This document shows positions 41,100 through 50,697 of a stretch of DNA of 64,000 bases, piece by piece. The position numbers were made by a program, and so were the translations under genes. The DNA is from Patescibacteria group bacterium (lineage in GTDB: Bacteria; Patescibacteriota; Minisyncoccia; Phycocordibacterales; Zambryskibacteraceae), in assembly GCA_004322205.1 (NCBI GenBank), contig SCSN01000005.1, positions 6,642-70,641 on the forward strand. The letters are read 5' to 3'. A model generated the notes under the pieces. It was not told the DNA's origin. It did no database searches and saw only the letters and a list, made by a program, of their open reading frames with translations. Position 1 is the first letter of the stretch. Each line of letters begins with the position of its first letter.

Positions 41100-41644
41100 C
41101 AGTGTCAGAGAAACTCCACCACCTTACGTGCACTGAGCATGGATTTAGGGACCTTAAGTTGAGATGCGGGCTGTTTCCCTTTTGACCAATGGAGCTTAGC
41201 CCCCACGGTCTAACTGCCGCGCTTTTACCCGGAGTATTCGGAGTTTGATAGGTCTGGCGAGCTTTCGCCCTGTCCAGACCTTCCAGTGCTCTACCCCTCC
41301 GGGGAACACGCGACGCAAGCCCAAAAGCTTTTTCGGAGAGAACCAGCTATTACCAAGTTCGATTAGCTTTTCACTTCTTATCACAAGTCATCCGAGAGTT
41401 TTGCACAGCTCACCGGTTCGGGCCTCCTCCCCGCTTTCGCGGGGATTCACCCTGCTCATGACAAGCTCACTTGGCTTCGGGTCTGATGCTATACCTCATC
41501 CGCCGATTGGCGGATCGCCCTGTTCAGACTCGCTTTCGCTATGCCTCCAGGGACAAACCCCTTAGACAAAGGTGTAGCATCAACTCGTTGGCTCATTCTT
41601 CAATAGGCACGCCGTTGCGGACATCACGCAAAGTATGATGTCCG

Positions 41645-41735
41645 CAAGTCTGTAAAGTCAAAAGTCAAAAGTCAAAAGTTAGGAACAAGTGCTCCGACTT
41701 TATGGACTTTATGACTTTATGGACTTTTAACTTGC
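41645..41735. repeat. Palindromic AAAGTC/GACTTTATG-repeat hairpin insertion in 23S (copy C)
   Basis: CCGCAAGTCTGTAAAGTCAAAAGTCAAAAGTCAAAAGTTAGG...CCGACTTTATGGACTTTATGACTTTATGGACTTTTAACTTGCGG. Confidence 0.55.
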
Positions 41736-41817
41736 GGCATCACACACTGTGTGATGCCCGCTTCGACTCCTTGTAGACATATGGTTTCAGGTCTATTTCA
41801 CCGCCCTCACCGGGCTG

Positions 41818-41857
<40 letters not shown>

Positions 41858-43176
41858 TCTAAAAGTATTTAGCCTTGCCGGTTAGTTCCGGCAGATTCCC
41901 CCGAGCCACTCGTGTCTCGAGGTACTCAAGAACAGTAACAGAAGAGATGTTTCATTTTCACGTACGGGACTGTTACCCTCTTGGGTCGAGCGTTCCAGCT
42001 CGTTTTGTTAATGAAACACTTTGTAACTCTTTTCCCTCACTAACTCTGCTACCAAGAGTGCCTGGGCACTGCTTCGGAACAAAGTTAGTGAGGGGTGTTA
42101 CCGCCTTACTACCCCCACCTACGCTCCTTGCTTCCCAGCAAGAAGCTTCGGTGGGCACAGCCCAGCAACTGGTGCTGAGCTTGCCCGGCCGAAGTTCTTT
42201 GCGAAGCAAAGAACGGAGGCGGGTTTGGGCTTCTTCCTTTTCGCTCGCCGCTACTAAGGAAATTCTAGTTGGTTTCTTTTCCTCCAGGTACTGAAATGTT
42301 TTACTTCCCTGGGTTTACACGTAGGCATCTAAGTCCTACATTCCCGACGCGAAGTCAGGAGGGTTTCCCCATTCGGAGATCTCCGGATCAAAGGTTGCTA
42401 GGCACCTCCCCGAAGCGTATCGCCGCCACGCCGCGTCCTTCATCGCCTTTTAGAGCCAAGGCATCCACCATACGCCCTTACATTTCCTATGAGGAAATGT
42501 ACGAACCGCTTACCCGAATCATTTTTGCTACGCAAAAATGATTCGGGCTTTTACTTCATCCCGTACCAACTTTGCAACTGAACTACGGCGCGAAGTGCGA
42601 GTGGCAAGTAGCCACATTCTTCTTCACGGCGCAGCGCTTCGCCCATCGAGGGAGGCACTATTCGTGCACGCACTGCGCAAAATAACTTCAGAAGCAAAAT
42701 TGGTACGGGGCTTCACCCTGTTTCATGAAATCAATTCATACAACAGGATTTTTCCCGTACGAAATCGGTTATCCTTGATAACCGTAGTTTTTTGTACGGG
42801 ACCTGCGTCCCGCCCATATTCATGGGCGGGACAAGCTTGCCTTCAAACGAAGACCCCCTTACCCGCAATCCGCCGGCTGGCGGAGCGGGAGAGAAACGTT
42901 TGCGACAAGCATTTAGTTGTCAAAGAGCCGACCCATTGACGTTCAGAAACGAAAATCGCCGCTCTCAAAGCGGCGACAGGTAACACACTTAGACACGGTG
43001 CTACCATTTCCGCTTTGAGAAAAGATTGCGAAGATACGTCATACAGGTGCACACTTAGTATAGTCAAGCCAAAAAAGCTGTCAAATTAGCTGGGGAAAAC
43101 AAACAGCCCCCCGTGAGATGTCGCGCTCTACGCGCTATCTCACGGGAGGCTGTCTTATCCCAAATTACAGCGTATC

Positions 43177-43875
43177 CTAGTGCCGGTCTGCCATTTCGCT
43201 TCGCATCTTCCTAATGAAGTCGGCAGCTGCCTCCTGACCACCGAGGCCAAAGGCAAGCCCCAAAGCAAGCGCCAGGGCGATAACAAAGCCGGTAAAGAGA
43301 GTTTGGCTGAAAGCTGCAGCAACTCCGAGTTGAACAAGAGCGGCAAGGAAAGCGAAAATCCAAATTGCCCATCGAGTGATCGCTCCGAGCATCGCTGAAG
43401 CTCGAATTTCCGCCGCTCGTGCCGAGGACACCACCACTCGCTGCATGACTTCGCCCAAAACTCCTCCGACCAAAAGCACTAGCACCGCCACGATGACGCG
43501 CGGCAGATAGGCAAGGACAACTTCGCGAAGGAAGGTGTTTACTTGCGACAGCCCCAAGACATCAAAGGCGGCAATGAGGAAGACGATGATGATAAACCAC
43601 TTCACCAGTCCTCCGACAAATCCTCCGGAGTTGAGAGAGAGCCCACCTCGGTGCAAAATCTCATCTGCCCCCGTTTTCTTGAGCGCTTCATCAATGCGGA
43701 TGGAGCGGAACAATTGCTGGATGACTCGCCCGACAATTGTCCCGACTACCCAGCCGAGAACGAAGATGATAATTGCAACCACGAGGTTGGGAACTATCTG
43801 CGCAATCCCTCCCCAGAGGTCTTGAAAAGACGCCGTCAGGACATCTCTCCAGGTAGTGATAATCATGGTGCACAC
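43177..43875 (-). CDS. Membrane protein with two 'conserved TM helix' repeats (MscS-like TM_helix family)
   Basis: 232 aa. Two internal repeats, IAQIVPNLVVAIIIFVLGWVVGTIVGRVIQQLF and LREVVLAYLPRVIVAVLVLLVGGVLGEVMQRVV, plus a third hydrophobic segment. Confidence 0.5.
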   Translation of the reverse strand: MCTMIITTWRDVLTASFQDLWGGIAQIVPNLVVAIIIFVLGWVVGTIVGRVIQQLFRSIRIDEALKKTGADEILHRGGLSLNSGGFVGGLVKWFIIIVFLIAAFDVLGLSQVNTFLREVVLAYLPRVIVAVLVLLVGGVLGEVMQRVVVSSARAAEIRASAMLGAITRWAIWIFAFLAALVQLGVAAAFSQTLFTGFVIALALALGLAFGLGGQEAAADFIRKMRSEMADRH

Positions 43876-44162
43876 CGTGCGGCATCTCGCAAACAGGGCC
43901 GCACTCCTGGTTTACTATTGATAAACGTGACCTTTTGGAAATTCCAAAATCGCCACTTTCTATTATACCACCACCTTTTGCCTGTGTTTTAGCATCAAAA
44001 CGTGTTGTGGATAACAGCTCACTCGGATATTACTAAAAAAGAGTACGAATATACCGCTGCTGCGGGGTTGTTCTGCTCGTCTAACCGACTGTGCAAGGCT
44101 TTTTCAGAAGCAACCTTCGCTCGCTTGTGGAAAAAGCCGCCGCGCTCCAGAGTTTCCCATTT

Positions 44163-44801
44163 TTAGAGAATGCCGATCTTGTTTAGGATTTTCTCGTGCG
44201 GGTAGTCGAGAATATCGCGCACTAGCTTGTCGTACATAGCCAGCCGATAGCGGAATTCCGAGGTGTCAAAGATGGTATAGCGCAATTCGCGCCCCATTTC
44301 CGCTTCGATTGACTTAATTGCCGACTCGATTACCCCGCGGCGGATATGGTCTCCCACCACCAGAAGATCGACTCTGGACTCCGGGTCCTGGATAAAAGTC
44401 CCGGCAATAATGATGAGTTTCACGGCGCCGCCGCGCTGAAGTTTTCTGGCGATCTCTTTCGGCTCTAGGTGGCTCATGGTAATGAGAAACGTTTGGAGCG
44501 GGACGCGCGGCTTGAAGTGGTCATTGAATATCCAGCCGGGAGTTCGAACTTTCTTTGAGAGGCGTCTGCGTCGCCGTTTGACCAGAACGGTTTTGTAGAA
44601 AGATTTGCGCTTGATAAGACCAACTCTTCGGAGGGCGGGTAACTCTCTTCGAACTGACCGCGGGTTCTCCTTCGTCCGCCGAGCAAGATCTGATATGTCG
44701 TAGATTGCTCCTGGATTGAAGACGAAAAGCTTCAGGAGCTTTACTTTTGCCGTGCCACCGAAAAGTTTGGAGAGTGTATCCATAGTTCCATATTGTATCA
44801 A
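44163..44801 (-). CDS. Hypothetical protein with N-terminal winged-helix-like region and a C-terminal minimal-nucleotidyltransferase-like segment
   Basis: 212 aa. GAIYDISDLARRTKENPRSVRRELPALRRVGLIKRK (wHTH-like) and VKLIIIAGTF...DLLVVGDH. Confidence 0.4.
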   Translation of the reverse strand: MIQYGTMDTLSKLFGGTAKVKLLKLFVFNPGAIYDISDLARRTKENPRSVRRELPALRRVGLIKRKSFYKTVLVKRRRRRLSKKVRTPGWIFNDHFKPRVPLQTFLITMSHLEPKEIARKLQRGGAVKLIIIAGTFIQDPESRVDLLVVGDHIRRGVIESAIKSIEAEMGRELRYTIFDTSEFRYRLAMYDKLVRDILDYPHEKILNKIGIL

Positions 44802-44899
44802 TCGAGCTCATTGCGCAAGATATCTTGACAGTAGTCGTAAAGCATATTATTCTACACACGGAAAGCACCTAACACGGACCTCATAACAGAGGAGGAACG

Positions 44900-45496
44900 T
44901 TGAGATCCAGTCACATCTTTCTCGTTCCTTACGCCTACGACCGTCTCAACAAGAACAAGCAGGAAGGCAAAGGAACAAGAGCGCGGTGCGATGCGCTTAT
45001 TGAAGTCATCCGGAGGATTCCGGAAGAGGAGATTGTTGGTGTCATTCTCACGGCAGGGTTCACGAAGGAGAATCCCCGAGCTCCCAGCAACAAACACCGA
45101 ATCAGCCTTGCCGAGCAGATGTCCGCTTACCTTCAGCTTTGCGAATGGAAGCTTGAAGGCAAAACCACGGTGGAGCCGTGTACCTGGGGCACTCTCGGCG
45201 AGACAGTGGAAGCAATTCGCATCGCAGAGGCATTGTGCCGACGAAGGCAGATGCCGCCGAAGTCTGTCGAGATATTCGTCTCGTCGAACCCGCTCCATCT
45301 CTATGGGCGTATAGCTCTCTGCTGGTTTGCCCTAAAGCCAAGGGGCTGGAGAGTGAGACTTGTTCCCGCCCGACACCGCTTCACCTGGCGTGAGTGCTTG
45401 AGGGAACTGTTTGTAAAGATTCCTTACTGCGCTTTCACTCTGCTAGGTATGGGGTTTTTGGGATCGGTCCGAAGCAAAACGGCGCTTGTGTGCTAG
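44900..45496 (+). CDS. Hypothetical protein, possibly DUF218/YdcF-like
   Basis: 198 aa. IVGVILTAGF and VSSNPLHLYGRIA resemble the DUF218 core. Weak. Confidence 0.35.
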   Translation: MRSSHIFLVPYAYDRLNKNKQEGKGTRARCDALIEVIRRIPEEEIVGVILTAGFTKENPRAPSNKHRISLAEQMSAYLQLCEWKLEGKTTVEPCTWGTLGETVEAIRIAEALCRRRQMPPKSVEIFVSSNPLHLYGRIALCWFALKPRGWRVRLVPARHRFTWRECLRELFVKIPYCAFTLLGMGFLGSVRSKTALVC

Positions 45497-45606
45497 CACA
45501 CAAGCGCCGTTTTCACTTTCCACAAACTGAAAGCTACATGAACATAACTTTACCCTCTAAATCACCCCCGCGTGCGCAGGATGCTTGAGCAGTCATTTGA
45601 AGTTTT

Positions 45607-45652
45607 ACCCCGTTAGAAGCCGCGATCGCGGATCGCGATCTGTTTCTAACGG
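45607..45652 (-). terminator. Extended hairpin downstream of rplL (terminator)
   Basis: CCCCGTTAGAAGCCGCGATCGCGGATCGCGATCTGTTTCTAACGGG inverted repeat. The TTTCTAACGGGG motif repeats at 45700. Confidence 0.45.
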
Positions 45653-45716
45653 GATGAATGCAGTTTGGTTTTAGCGAACACGGGGTTTAATGCTCCGCGT
45701 GAGTTTCTAACGGGGT

Positions 45717-46196
45717 TTACTTCAATGCTACCTTGCCTCCGGCTTCCTCAACTTTCTTCTTGAGTTCTGCCGCCTCCTCTTTCTTCATATCAGTCTTGAG
45801 CATGGAGGGCACTCCGTCAACTAAGTCCTTTGCCTCTTTGAGCCCCAAAACAAGTACTTCCTTCACTACTTTAATGACAGCAATTTTGTTGGCGCCGCCA
45901 TCAGTAAGTTCAACGCTGACAGTGCTTTTCTCTTCACTTTCGCCGACTTGTCCACCCGCAACTGGGGCAACGGCCACAGCGGAGGCGGAGACGCCGAATT
46001 TTTTCTCAAAGACTTTAACCAGTTCATTGAGTTCGAGCACCGACATCTCCCTGATTTCCTCAACAATTTTCTTGAATTTTGCAGGAACCTCGGTCTCACT
46101 TTTTTCTTTCCCGACGCTTTCAGGTCGGGACTCCGACTCGGCTTCAGCCGACGTCGGAGCTGTCTTGATTTCCTTCTTCTTATCTTCTTCTGCCAT
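45717..46196 (-). CDS. rplL: 50S ribosomal protein L7/L12 with an N-terminal extension of about 30 aa (charged, low complexity)
   Basis: The C-terminal domain KIAVIKVVKEVLVLGLKEAKDLVDGVPSMLKTDMKKEEAAELKKKVEEAGGKVALK and the N-terminal dimerisation helix IVEEIREMSVLELNELVKVFEKKFGV are canonical. They are preceded by MAEEDKKKEIKTAPTSAEAESESRPESVGKEKSETEVPA. Confidence 0.85.
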   Translation of the reverse strand: MAEEDKKKEIKTAPTSAEAESESRPESVGKEKSETEVPAKFKKIVEEIREMSVLELNELVKVFEKKFGVSASAVAVAPVAGGQVGESEEKSTVSVELTDGGANKIAVIKVVKEVLVLGLKEAKDLVDGVPSMLKTDMKKEEAAELKKKVEEAGGKVALK

Positions 46197-46218
46197 ATTT
46201 TTTCGTTATTCCTTATTC

Positions 46219-46713
46219 CTAATTCGTCATTCGCGTTTTGGCAATTTCGCCTAGTGAAATAACAAAACGCTGTATTGGTGAATTGATAATGTTCACAAAC
46301 TTACCGTGCAGGATTGGCAACGGCGGAATAGTAGCAATGTCCATCATTTCCGCCTGATTCAGGTACCGCCCCTCAAAGATTCCTCCCAAGATTTTGAGAT
46401 TTTCGGGATTTTTCTTCTGAAACTCATATACCCCTCGCGCAGGCGCGACCAAATCATCGCCCCAAGCCAGCGCCAGTTCTCCGGCGAATTCCGGCATCGA
46501 ACCGGAAACTTTTGTATCTTCGAGCGCCCGGCGCACTAAGTTTTTCTTGGCGACATAGTAAGCAACGCCCGCCGCCCGAAGCGCACGGCGCAGTTCACTG
46601 GCCGCCGCCACAGTAAGCCCGTGAAAATTCACAAAGACCAGCGACTTAGTGTCCTTAAGCGCTTCTTTAATCCTTGCAACAATCTCTTTTTTCTTTTCCT
46701 TTGTAACTGCCAT
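46219..46713 (-). CDS. rplJ: 50S ribosomal protein L10
   Basis: 164 aa. MAVTKEKKKEIVARIKEALKDTKSLVFVNFHGLTVAAASELRRALRAAGVAYYVAKKNL is a typical L10 N-terminus. Confidence 0.85.
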   Translation of the reverse strand: MAVTKEKKKEIVARIKEALKDTKSLVFVNFHGLTVAAASELRRALRAAGVAYYVAKKNLVRRALEDTKVSGSMPEFAGELALAWGDDLVAPARGVYEFQKKNPENLKILGGIFEGRYLNQAEMMDIATIPPLPILHGKFVNIINSPIQRFVISLGEIAKTRMTN

Positions 46714-46990
46714 CGAGAATTTACTTAGTGAACGCTAGTGAACTTAGGAAATCCTCGACCCCGCCAAGGCGGGGTTTAAGAAAATATAGTCACTCTGTTC
46801 CTTATTTTCTAAAACAAAACGACCTAAAGGCCGCATGGAGTCCGCCCTTCACGTGCGCGCACGTGAAGGGCCGCCTCGACCGGCTGACCCTTTGGGATTA
46901 CGCCCCGCCTTGGCGGGGCACCGGCTGTCTTTGGCCCTTGCCAACTAGATTACACCAGCAAAATTTCTTGTCAAACGAAAAAGGAGTTAC
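46714..46990 (-). promoter_or_regulatory. Structured rplJ leader (candidate L10 autoregulatory leader) with a possible promoter
   Basis: 26-nt perfect palindrome CCCTTCACGTGCGCGCACGTGAAGGG (46846-46871). Hairpin CCCCGCCAAGGCGGGG occurs in both orientations (46756 and 46899). Minus-strand TTGACA-16nt-TAATCT at about 46975-46948. Confidence 0.35.
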
Positions 46991-47127
46991 CCTCACCTCC
47001 AACCATACTCTCTGATGTATATTTGTTAAATTCTTCTTCAGAACAAATTATTTCTTGACTTTACTTGAGCACATGCCAATATCTTGTCCAGAAACAGGTC
47101 TTTCAACAGACCGCGAGGGAGGCAGAG

Positions 47128-48040
47128 ATGTCCCCACGAATCAAGGATATAGGGCTAGAGATTCTGGTTGACCCAGAGAGAGTGCACCCCTTTCAAGACC
47201 AACCGCGGAAGCACTTCAGCAAGAGAGGCTTGGAGGAGCTGGCAGATAGCATAGAGACAAGCGGCCAGTTACAGCCGGCGACAGTCAGAATCCTTTGCGG
47301 AGATGGAGACGACACGGAATTCGAGCTCATCGACGGCGAAAGACGCTGGAGAGCCTGCCTCATTAAGAGGGTGGCCGCTTCGTGCGGTCATTCGGCACGT
47401 CGAGAACGAGAATTTGCAGCACCTCCAATCCGCAGTGTCAAATTTCGGGAGGGAAGGCCATACCCCTCTCGAAATTGCCCATGCTCTGGCGAGAATTCGA
47501 GCCGATTTTCACTTGACCCTAGAGCAGTTGGCCAAGCATTTCGGTAAGACTGTCGGCTGGGCTTGGCAACACTTGAGCTTGCTTCGTCTCCACCCAGACG
47601 TCCAGAAACTGATGTCGCCCGAGCTCCCAAGATCAAAGCAACTCCGGTTCTCAATCGCCATCATGCTAGTGAAGTGGTCTGTCGACGAGCAGACTGCAAT
47701 AGCAGCTAGGATCGTTGAGGGTCGCTGGAAGTTGCGGCGGGCTCGCCACGAAATCCGCAAGCGAGCACAACAACTGGGACTCGAGACAGGTGGGGCAAAG
47801 CGACCAAGGCAACCCCACGACGACTACCGAATCCTAGCCAGCTTTCTGCGGCGAATCAGCGAGGACGCCGAACTTCTCTTGGGTCTCAAGGCCAAGAGGT
47901 TCGACGAGATGTTTGCGGCTCGAAGCCAAATCGAGCGAGTTCGGATGCTCAAGAGTGTCGAAGAGTGTATTGAGTCGCTTACGCTCATAAGGCAGCATGT
48001 CGAACGACCAGCCGAGGCTCAAAGGATTTTGTCCTCATAG
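47128..48040 (+). pseudogene. ParB/Srx-family (ParB-like partition / nuclease-domain) gene disrupted by a frameshift near 47385-47395
   Basis: Frame A: LVDPERVHPFQDQPRKHF...LQPATVRIL...EFELIDGERRWRACLIKRV (ParB N-terminal domain). Frame B continues LRAVIRHVENENLQHL...HTPLEIAHALARIRADFHLTLEQLAKHFGKTVGWAWQHLSLLRLHPDVQKLM (ParB HTH region). A GGGAGG SD lies 5 nt upstream of the ATG at 47128. Confidence 0.6.
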
Positions 48041-48048
48041 GTCTGTAG

Positions 48049-48092
48049 CTCGCGACGCAGCAATTTGTGCTGCGTCGCGATTTATTTATTTA
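48049..48092 (+). terminator. Rho-independent terminator after the parB-like gene
   Basis: TCGCGACGCAGCAATTTGTGCTGCGTCGCGA followed by TTTATTTATTT. Confidence 0.55.
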
Positions 48093-48100
48093 TGAATCTC

Positions 48101-48140
48101 CTTGTCAAACAAAAGCCGCCGTCTGCGACGCAGACGGCGG
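48101..48140 (-). terminator. Terminator of the minus-strand 391-aa gene (hairpin plus TTTTGTTTGACAA tail)
   Basis: Minus strand: CCGCCGTCTGCGTCGCAGACGGCGG-CTTTTGTTTGACAAGG. Same tail motif as the units at 49.45 and 50.65 kb. Confidence 0.5.
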
Positions 48141-48156
48141 TAACTTCGTGTTGCGG

Positions 48157-49332
48157 CTACTTCTCGGTCAGTTCCGGCTTGGGCGGCAGCCCGCGGATAT
48201 CCTTGGGTAACCTCACCCCGTATTTCCACCTAATCTGATCATCCGGCTCCCATCCGTCCCGCTCCTTCTCCACAACCTCGAGCCTGACTGTTACCTCCGG
48301 GTGATGAGGATTGACCCAGCTCTCGGCTTTCTTCACAAGCACTCCGAACTCTCTGGTTACATACTCCTCCGGAGACATGCGCCGGAGATAGTCGGGGCGC
48401 GTCACGTAAAACGAAACGGTTGCCCTCATAATACCCACCGATGTCACTTCTCCGCCTGTCCCGTAGGGCGGCGACAGATGAGTGAGAAGTGAGCGGGCTG
48501 ACTTATCTGCTTTGGCGAGCTCTCTTGCCGTAAGAATGGTCGCATCCCAAGCAACAACTGACGCCCCCTTGCCCAACTCCCTCACTACCCCGAGAAGGCC
48601 GGTTGCCGTCGGCTCACGGAAGGAATCAAGACCGACTCTCTTCGCCCAACCGGAAAAAAGAACAGGAAAGAGACCTGATAAATCAAAGCTGGATTTCGCT
48701 ATCTGCCTGTCCCCGATTGTACGGAGGTGTCTCTCCACCCTCGCGATTGGAGTCAGCGCATCACGGTCCCTGACTGCCTTCTGCACAACTCCGCGAAACT
48801 CCGTCGGAGAAATTGCCACCTCAAGGAGGTAATTGAAGAGCTCATCGGCCTCGGTCTCGTCCTTGGTCTGCTCCCACTGGCGAGCGATTTCACCGAGAAT
48901 CCTCGCCAGCGTTTTGGGGAACACCGGAACCTGCCTTTCACCTTTTCTCGTTTCATCTTCGGCAATCCATTCGCGAGTTACACCCTTGCCAGTGTGAGGA
49001 ATCGCCTTGAACAAATCCTTGGCGAAAACTGCTTTGCGCCGATCGGCCGCCTCAAGCGCTCCTCGAACTCTTGAGGCCTCTTCTGTGTCTCCCGCAGAGG
49101 AGACTGCCTCGTCTTCAATTGCACAGAAGAGATACTCAAGGTACTTCAGGAGCTCCCCGTCAGCCCACTCATGCTCCTTCGGCATAGACGGTCGGTCAGC
49201 AACCGTTCGAGCAAAAACCACCACCATCTCATTGAGGAAAGTTATTCGCTCGCTTTGACCTCGTGGTTCGAGTGAAAACCACAAACTCCAGTTGCCTCCG
49301 ACCTTCTCGAGCACATTATTGCGCGCAGGCAT
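48157..49332 (-). CDS. Hypothetical 391-aa soluble protein with no recognisable family (orphan in the GC-rich segment)
   Basis: Long ORF with biased (GC-rich) codon usage, bracketed by strong terminators. No P-loop, nuclease or HTH motif seen by eye. Confidence 0.5.
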   Translation of the reverse strand: MPARNNVLEKVGGNWSLWFSLEPRGQSERITFLNEMVVVFARTVADRPSMPKEHEWADGELLKYLEYLFCAIEDEAVSSAGDTEEASRVRGALEAADRRKAVFAKDLFKAIPHTGKGVTREWIAEDETRKGERQVPVFPKTLARILGEIARQWEQTKDETEADELFNYLLEVAISPTEFRGVVQKAVRDRDALTPIARVERHLRTIGDRQIAKSSFDLSGLFPVLFSGWAKRVGLDSFREPTATGLLGVVRELGKGASVVAWDATILTARELAKADKSARSLLTHLSPPYGTGGEVTSVGIMRATVSFYVTRPDYLRRMSPEEYVTREFGVLVKKAESWVNPHHPEVTVRLEVVEKERDGWEPDDQIRWKYGVRLPKDIRGLPPKPELTEK

Positions 49333-49446
49333 TTCTCACCTCTGTGGCCTCGGCCACGTTTGACCCTTCTCACAGGAAGAGTGGTTTCTGGTGCCGCAGC
49401 ACCAATCAAAGAACATGAGGGTTCACCCTCACTTCTCACACTAACC

Positions 49447-49490
49447 TTGGGCACAATTTTGTCAAACGAAAACGGGCTCCCTAGGGAGCC
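49447..49490 (-). terminator. Conserved terminator unit, copy 1: 18-nt perfect palindrome GGGCTCCCTAGGGAGCCC plus TTTTCGTTTGACAA
   Basis: 34 of 34 nt identical to the unit at 50648-50690. The stop codon (TAG) of the upstream gene sits in the hairpin loop. Confidence 0.55.
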
Positions 49491-50137
49491 CGCTGCGGCG
49501 TGGGGCGCAACCGCCGATACCTAAACCAGAGCAGGATAATCGCGGTGAGCACCACCAACGTCGGCGGATTGATGATCTGGAGAGGCACGTTGCCGGCAGC
49601 ATAAGCGTAGATCGTCCAGAACAAAGTCGAGACGAAGAATACGCTAACGTAGTTGATGTCAACCGCCCCAGGGTCACGAGCCTGCCAGAGTTCATACAAC
49701 TGGTGGGCCACAGCCAGCAGTCCTCCGGCAAAGGCCGCGGTCATTAACGTATCCTTCCAAGGCAGAATGATCATGCCCAGCGGAATGAGAGGAAGAATCT
49801 TCACCAATCTCCTCTCATTTTTCGAAAACCCCTTGTGCCTCCAGAGACCAAAGAGTACCTGGAGATAGAGGATTCCGAGCAGACCGTTAATGACGGGTGC
49901 AATGCTGTTAGTCACGATCCCATAGTAGAGAAACGTGAAGAACAGACTGCACAGGTAGGAGAACAGTGGAACCGACACTGCCTTGCCGGACTCCATCTGC
50001 TGAATTGTGTTCTTCTGCTTGACGAGGCTCCAGCCAGACAGAATGGTGAAGAAGACTGTTGCGATGAAGCTGATGGTTACAACATTCAAGTCCCAGTTTC
50101 TCCACTCTACGCTTTCCCGCAGCCACTGTTCGATCAA
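49481..50137 (-). CDS. Polytopic membrane protein (6-7 TM helices), possibly PnuC/PQ-loop/SWEET-superfamily-like
   Basis: 218 aa. Hydrophobic pattern and W/Y-rich loops (LQVLFGLWRHKG, NVPLQIINPP) give a weak resemblance to PnuC-type transporters. Confidence 0.5.
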   Translation of the reverse strand: MIEQWLRESVEWRNWDLNVVTISFIATVFFTILSGWSLVKQKNTIQQMESGKAVSVPLFSYLCSLFFTFLYYGIVTNSIAPVINGLLGILYLQVLFGLWRHKGFSKNERRLVKILPLIPLGMIILPWKDTLMTAAFAGGLLAVAHQLYELWQARDPGAVDINYVSVFFVSTLFWTIYAYAAGNVPLQIINPPTLVVLTAIILLWFRYRRLRPTPQRAP

Positions 50138-50281
50138 GGGACACCCCCATGGTCAAAGAATTCTGCTAGAATGATAACATGACTACAAACCCGCGTCAAA
50201 CCCCAGACTAAACGAAGACGCCCCGTGAGATGTATCGCCATCGGCGAATCGTCTCACGGGGCGCGGGGGTTTTCGACACCC

Positions 50282-50638
50282 CTAAAACGGCAAATTGTCG
50301 TCATCCTCGTCATTTCCTGTAGGCAACAGATGCCTAGGGAGAGACTCGGCGTTCCGTGGAATTTCGGGAAGTGAGACATGCGCTGGAAACGCTCCGGCTT
50401 GCACTCCTCGCGGGAACCAGTGGAGGTTGTCTTCTGTGGGAATGGTCTCCTCCCAAACCCCGCCCTTCATCTCAACCGACACATGAAAGACGGAAGTTCT
50501 TGGAATAAGCGGGATTTCGTATCTCCTGATGACGATGTTGATAGAATCCAGGACTACTCCTGCTCCTCCTCCGCCGCCCATATAAACCTCGCAGCTTGGG
50601 TTGACGTTGACGAGAACACTCCAAAACCAACCTATCAC
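50282..50638 (-). CDS. Hypothetical 118-aa protein ending in an SSB-like acidic tail (NDEDDDNLPF)
   Basis: The C-terminus ...DEDDDNLPF* mimics the conserved SSB C-terminal tip DDDIPF. The rest of the sequence is not OB-fold-like by eye. Confidence 0.4.
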   Translation of the reverse strand: MIGWFWSVLVNVNPSCEVYMGGGGGAGVVLDSINIVIRRYEIPLIPRTSVFHVSVEMKGGVWEETIPTEDNLHWFPRGVQAGAFPAHVSLPEIPRNAESLPRHLLPTGNDEDDDNLPF

Positions 50639-50647
50639 CCGTCAGAA

Positions 50648-50690
50648 GTTTGTCAAACGAAAACGGGCTCCCTAGGGAGCCCGTTGCGCA
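50648..50690 (-). terminator. Conserved terminator unit, copy 2 (identical hairpin plus TTTTCGTTTGACAA)
   Basis: TTTGTCAAACGAAAACGGGCTCCCTAGGGAGCCCGTTGCG on the plus strand. Confidence 0.55.
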
Positions 50691-50697
50691 ATCAAGC

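Noticed and set aside
45733-46262. 173-aa and 104-aa plus-strand ORFs
   Set aside because: They are antisense to rplL. S/T/L-rich translations are typical of reverse-strand artefacts.
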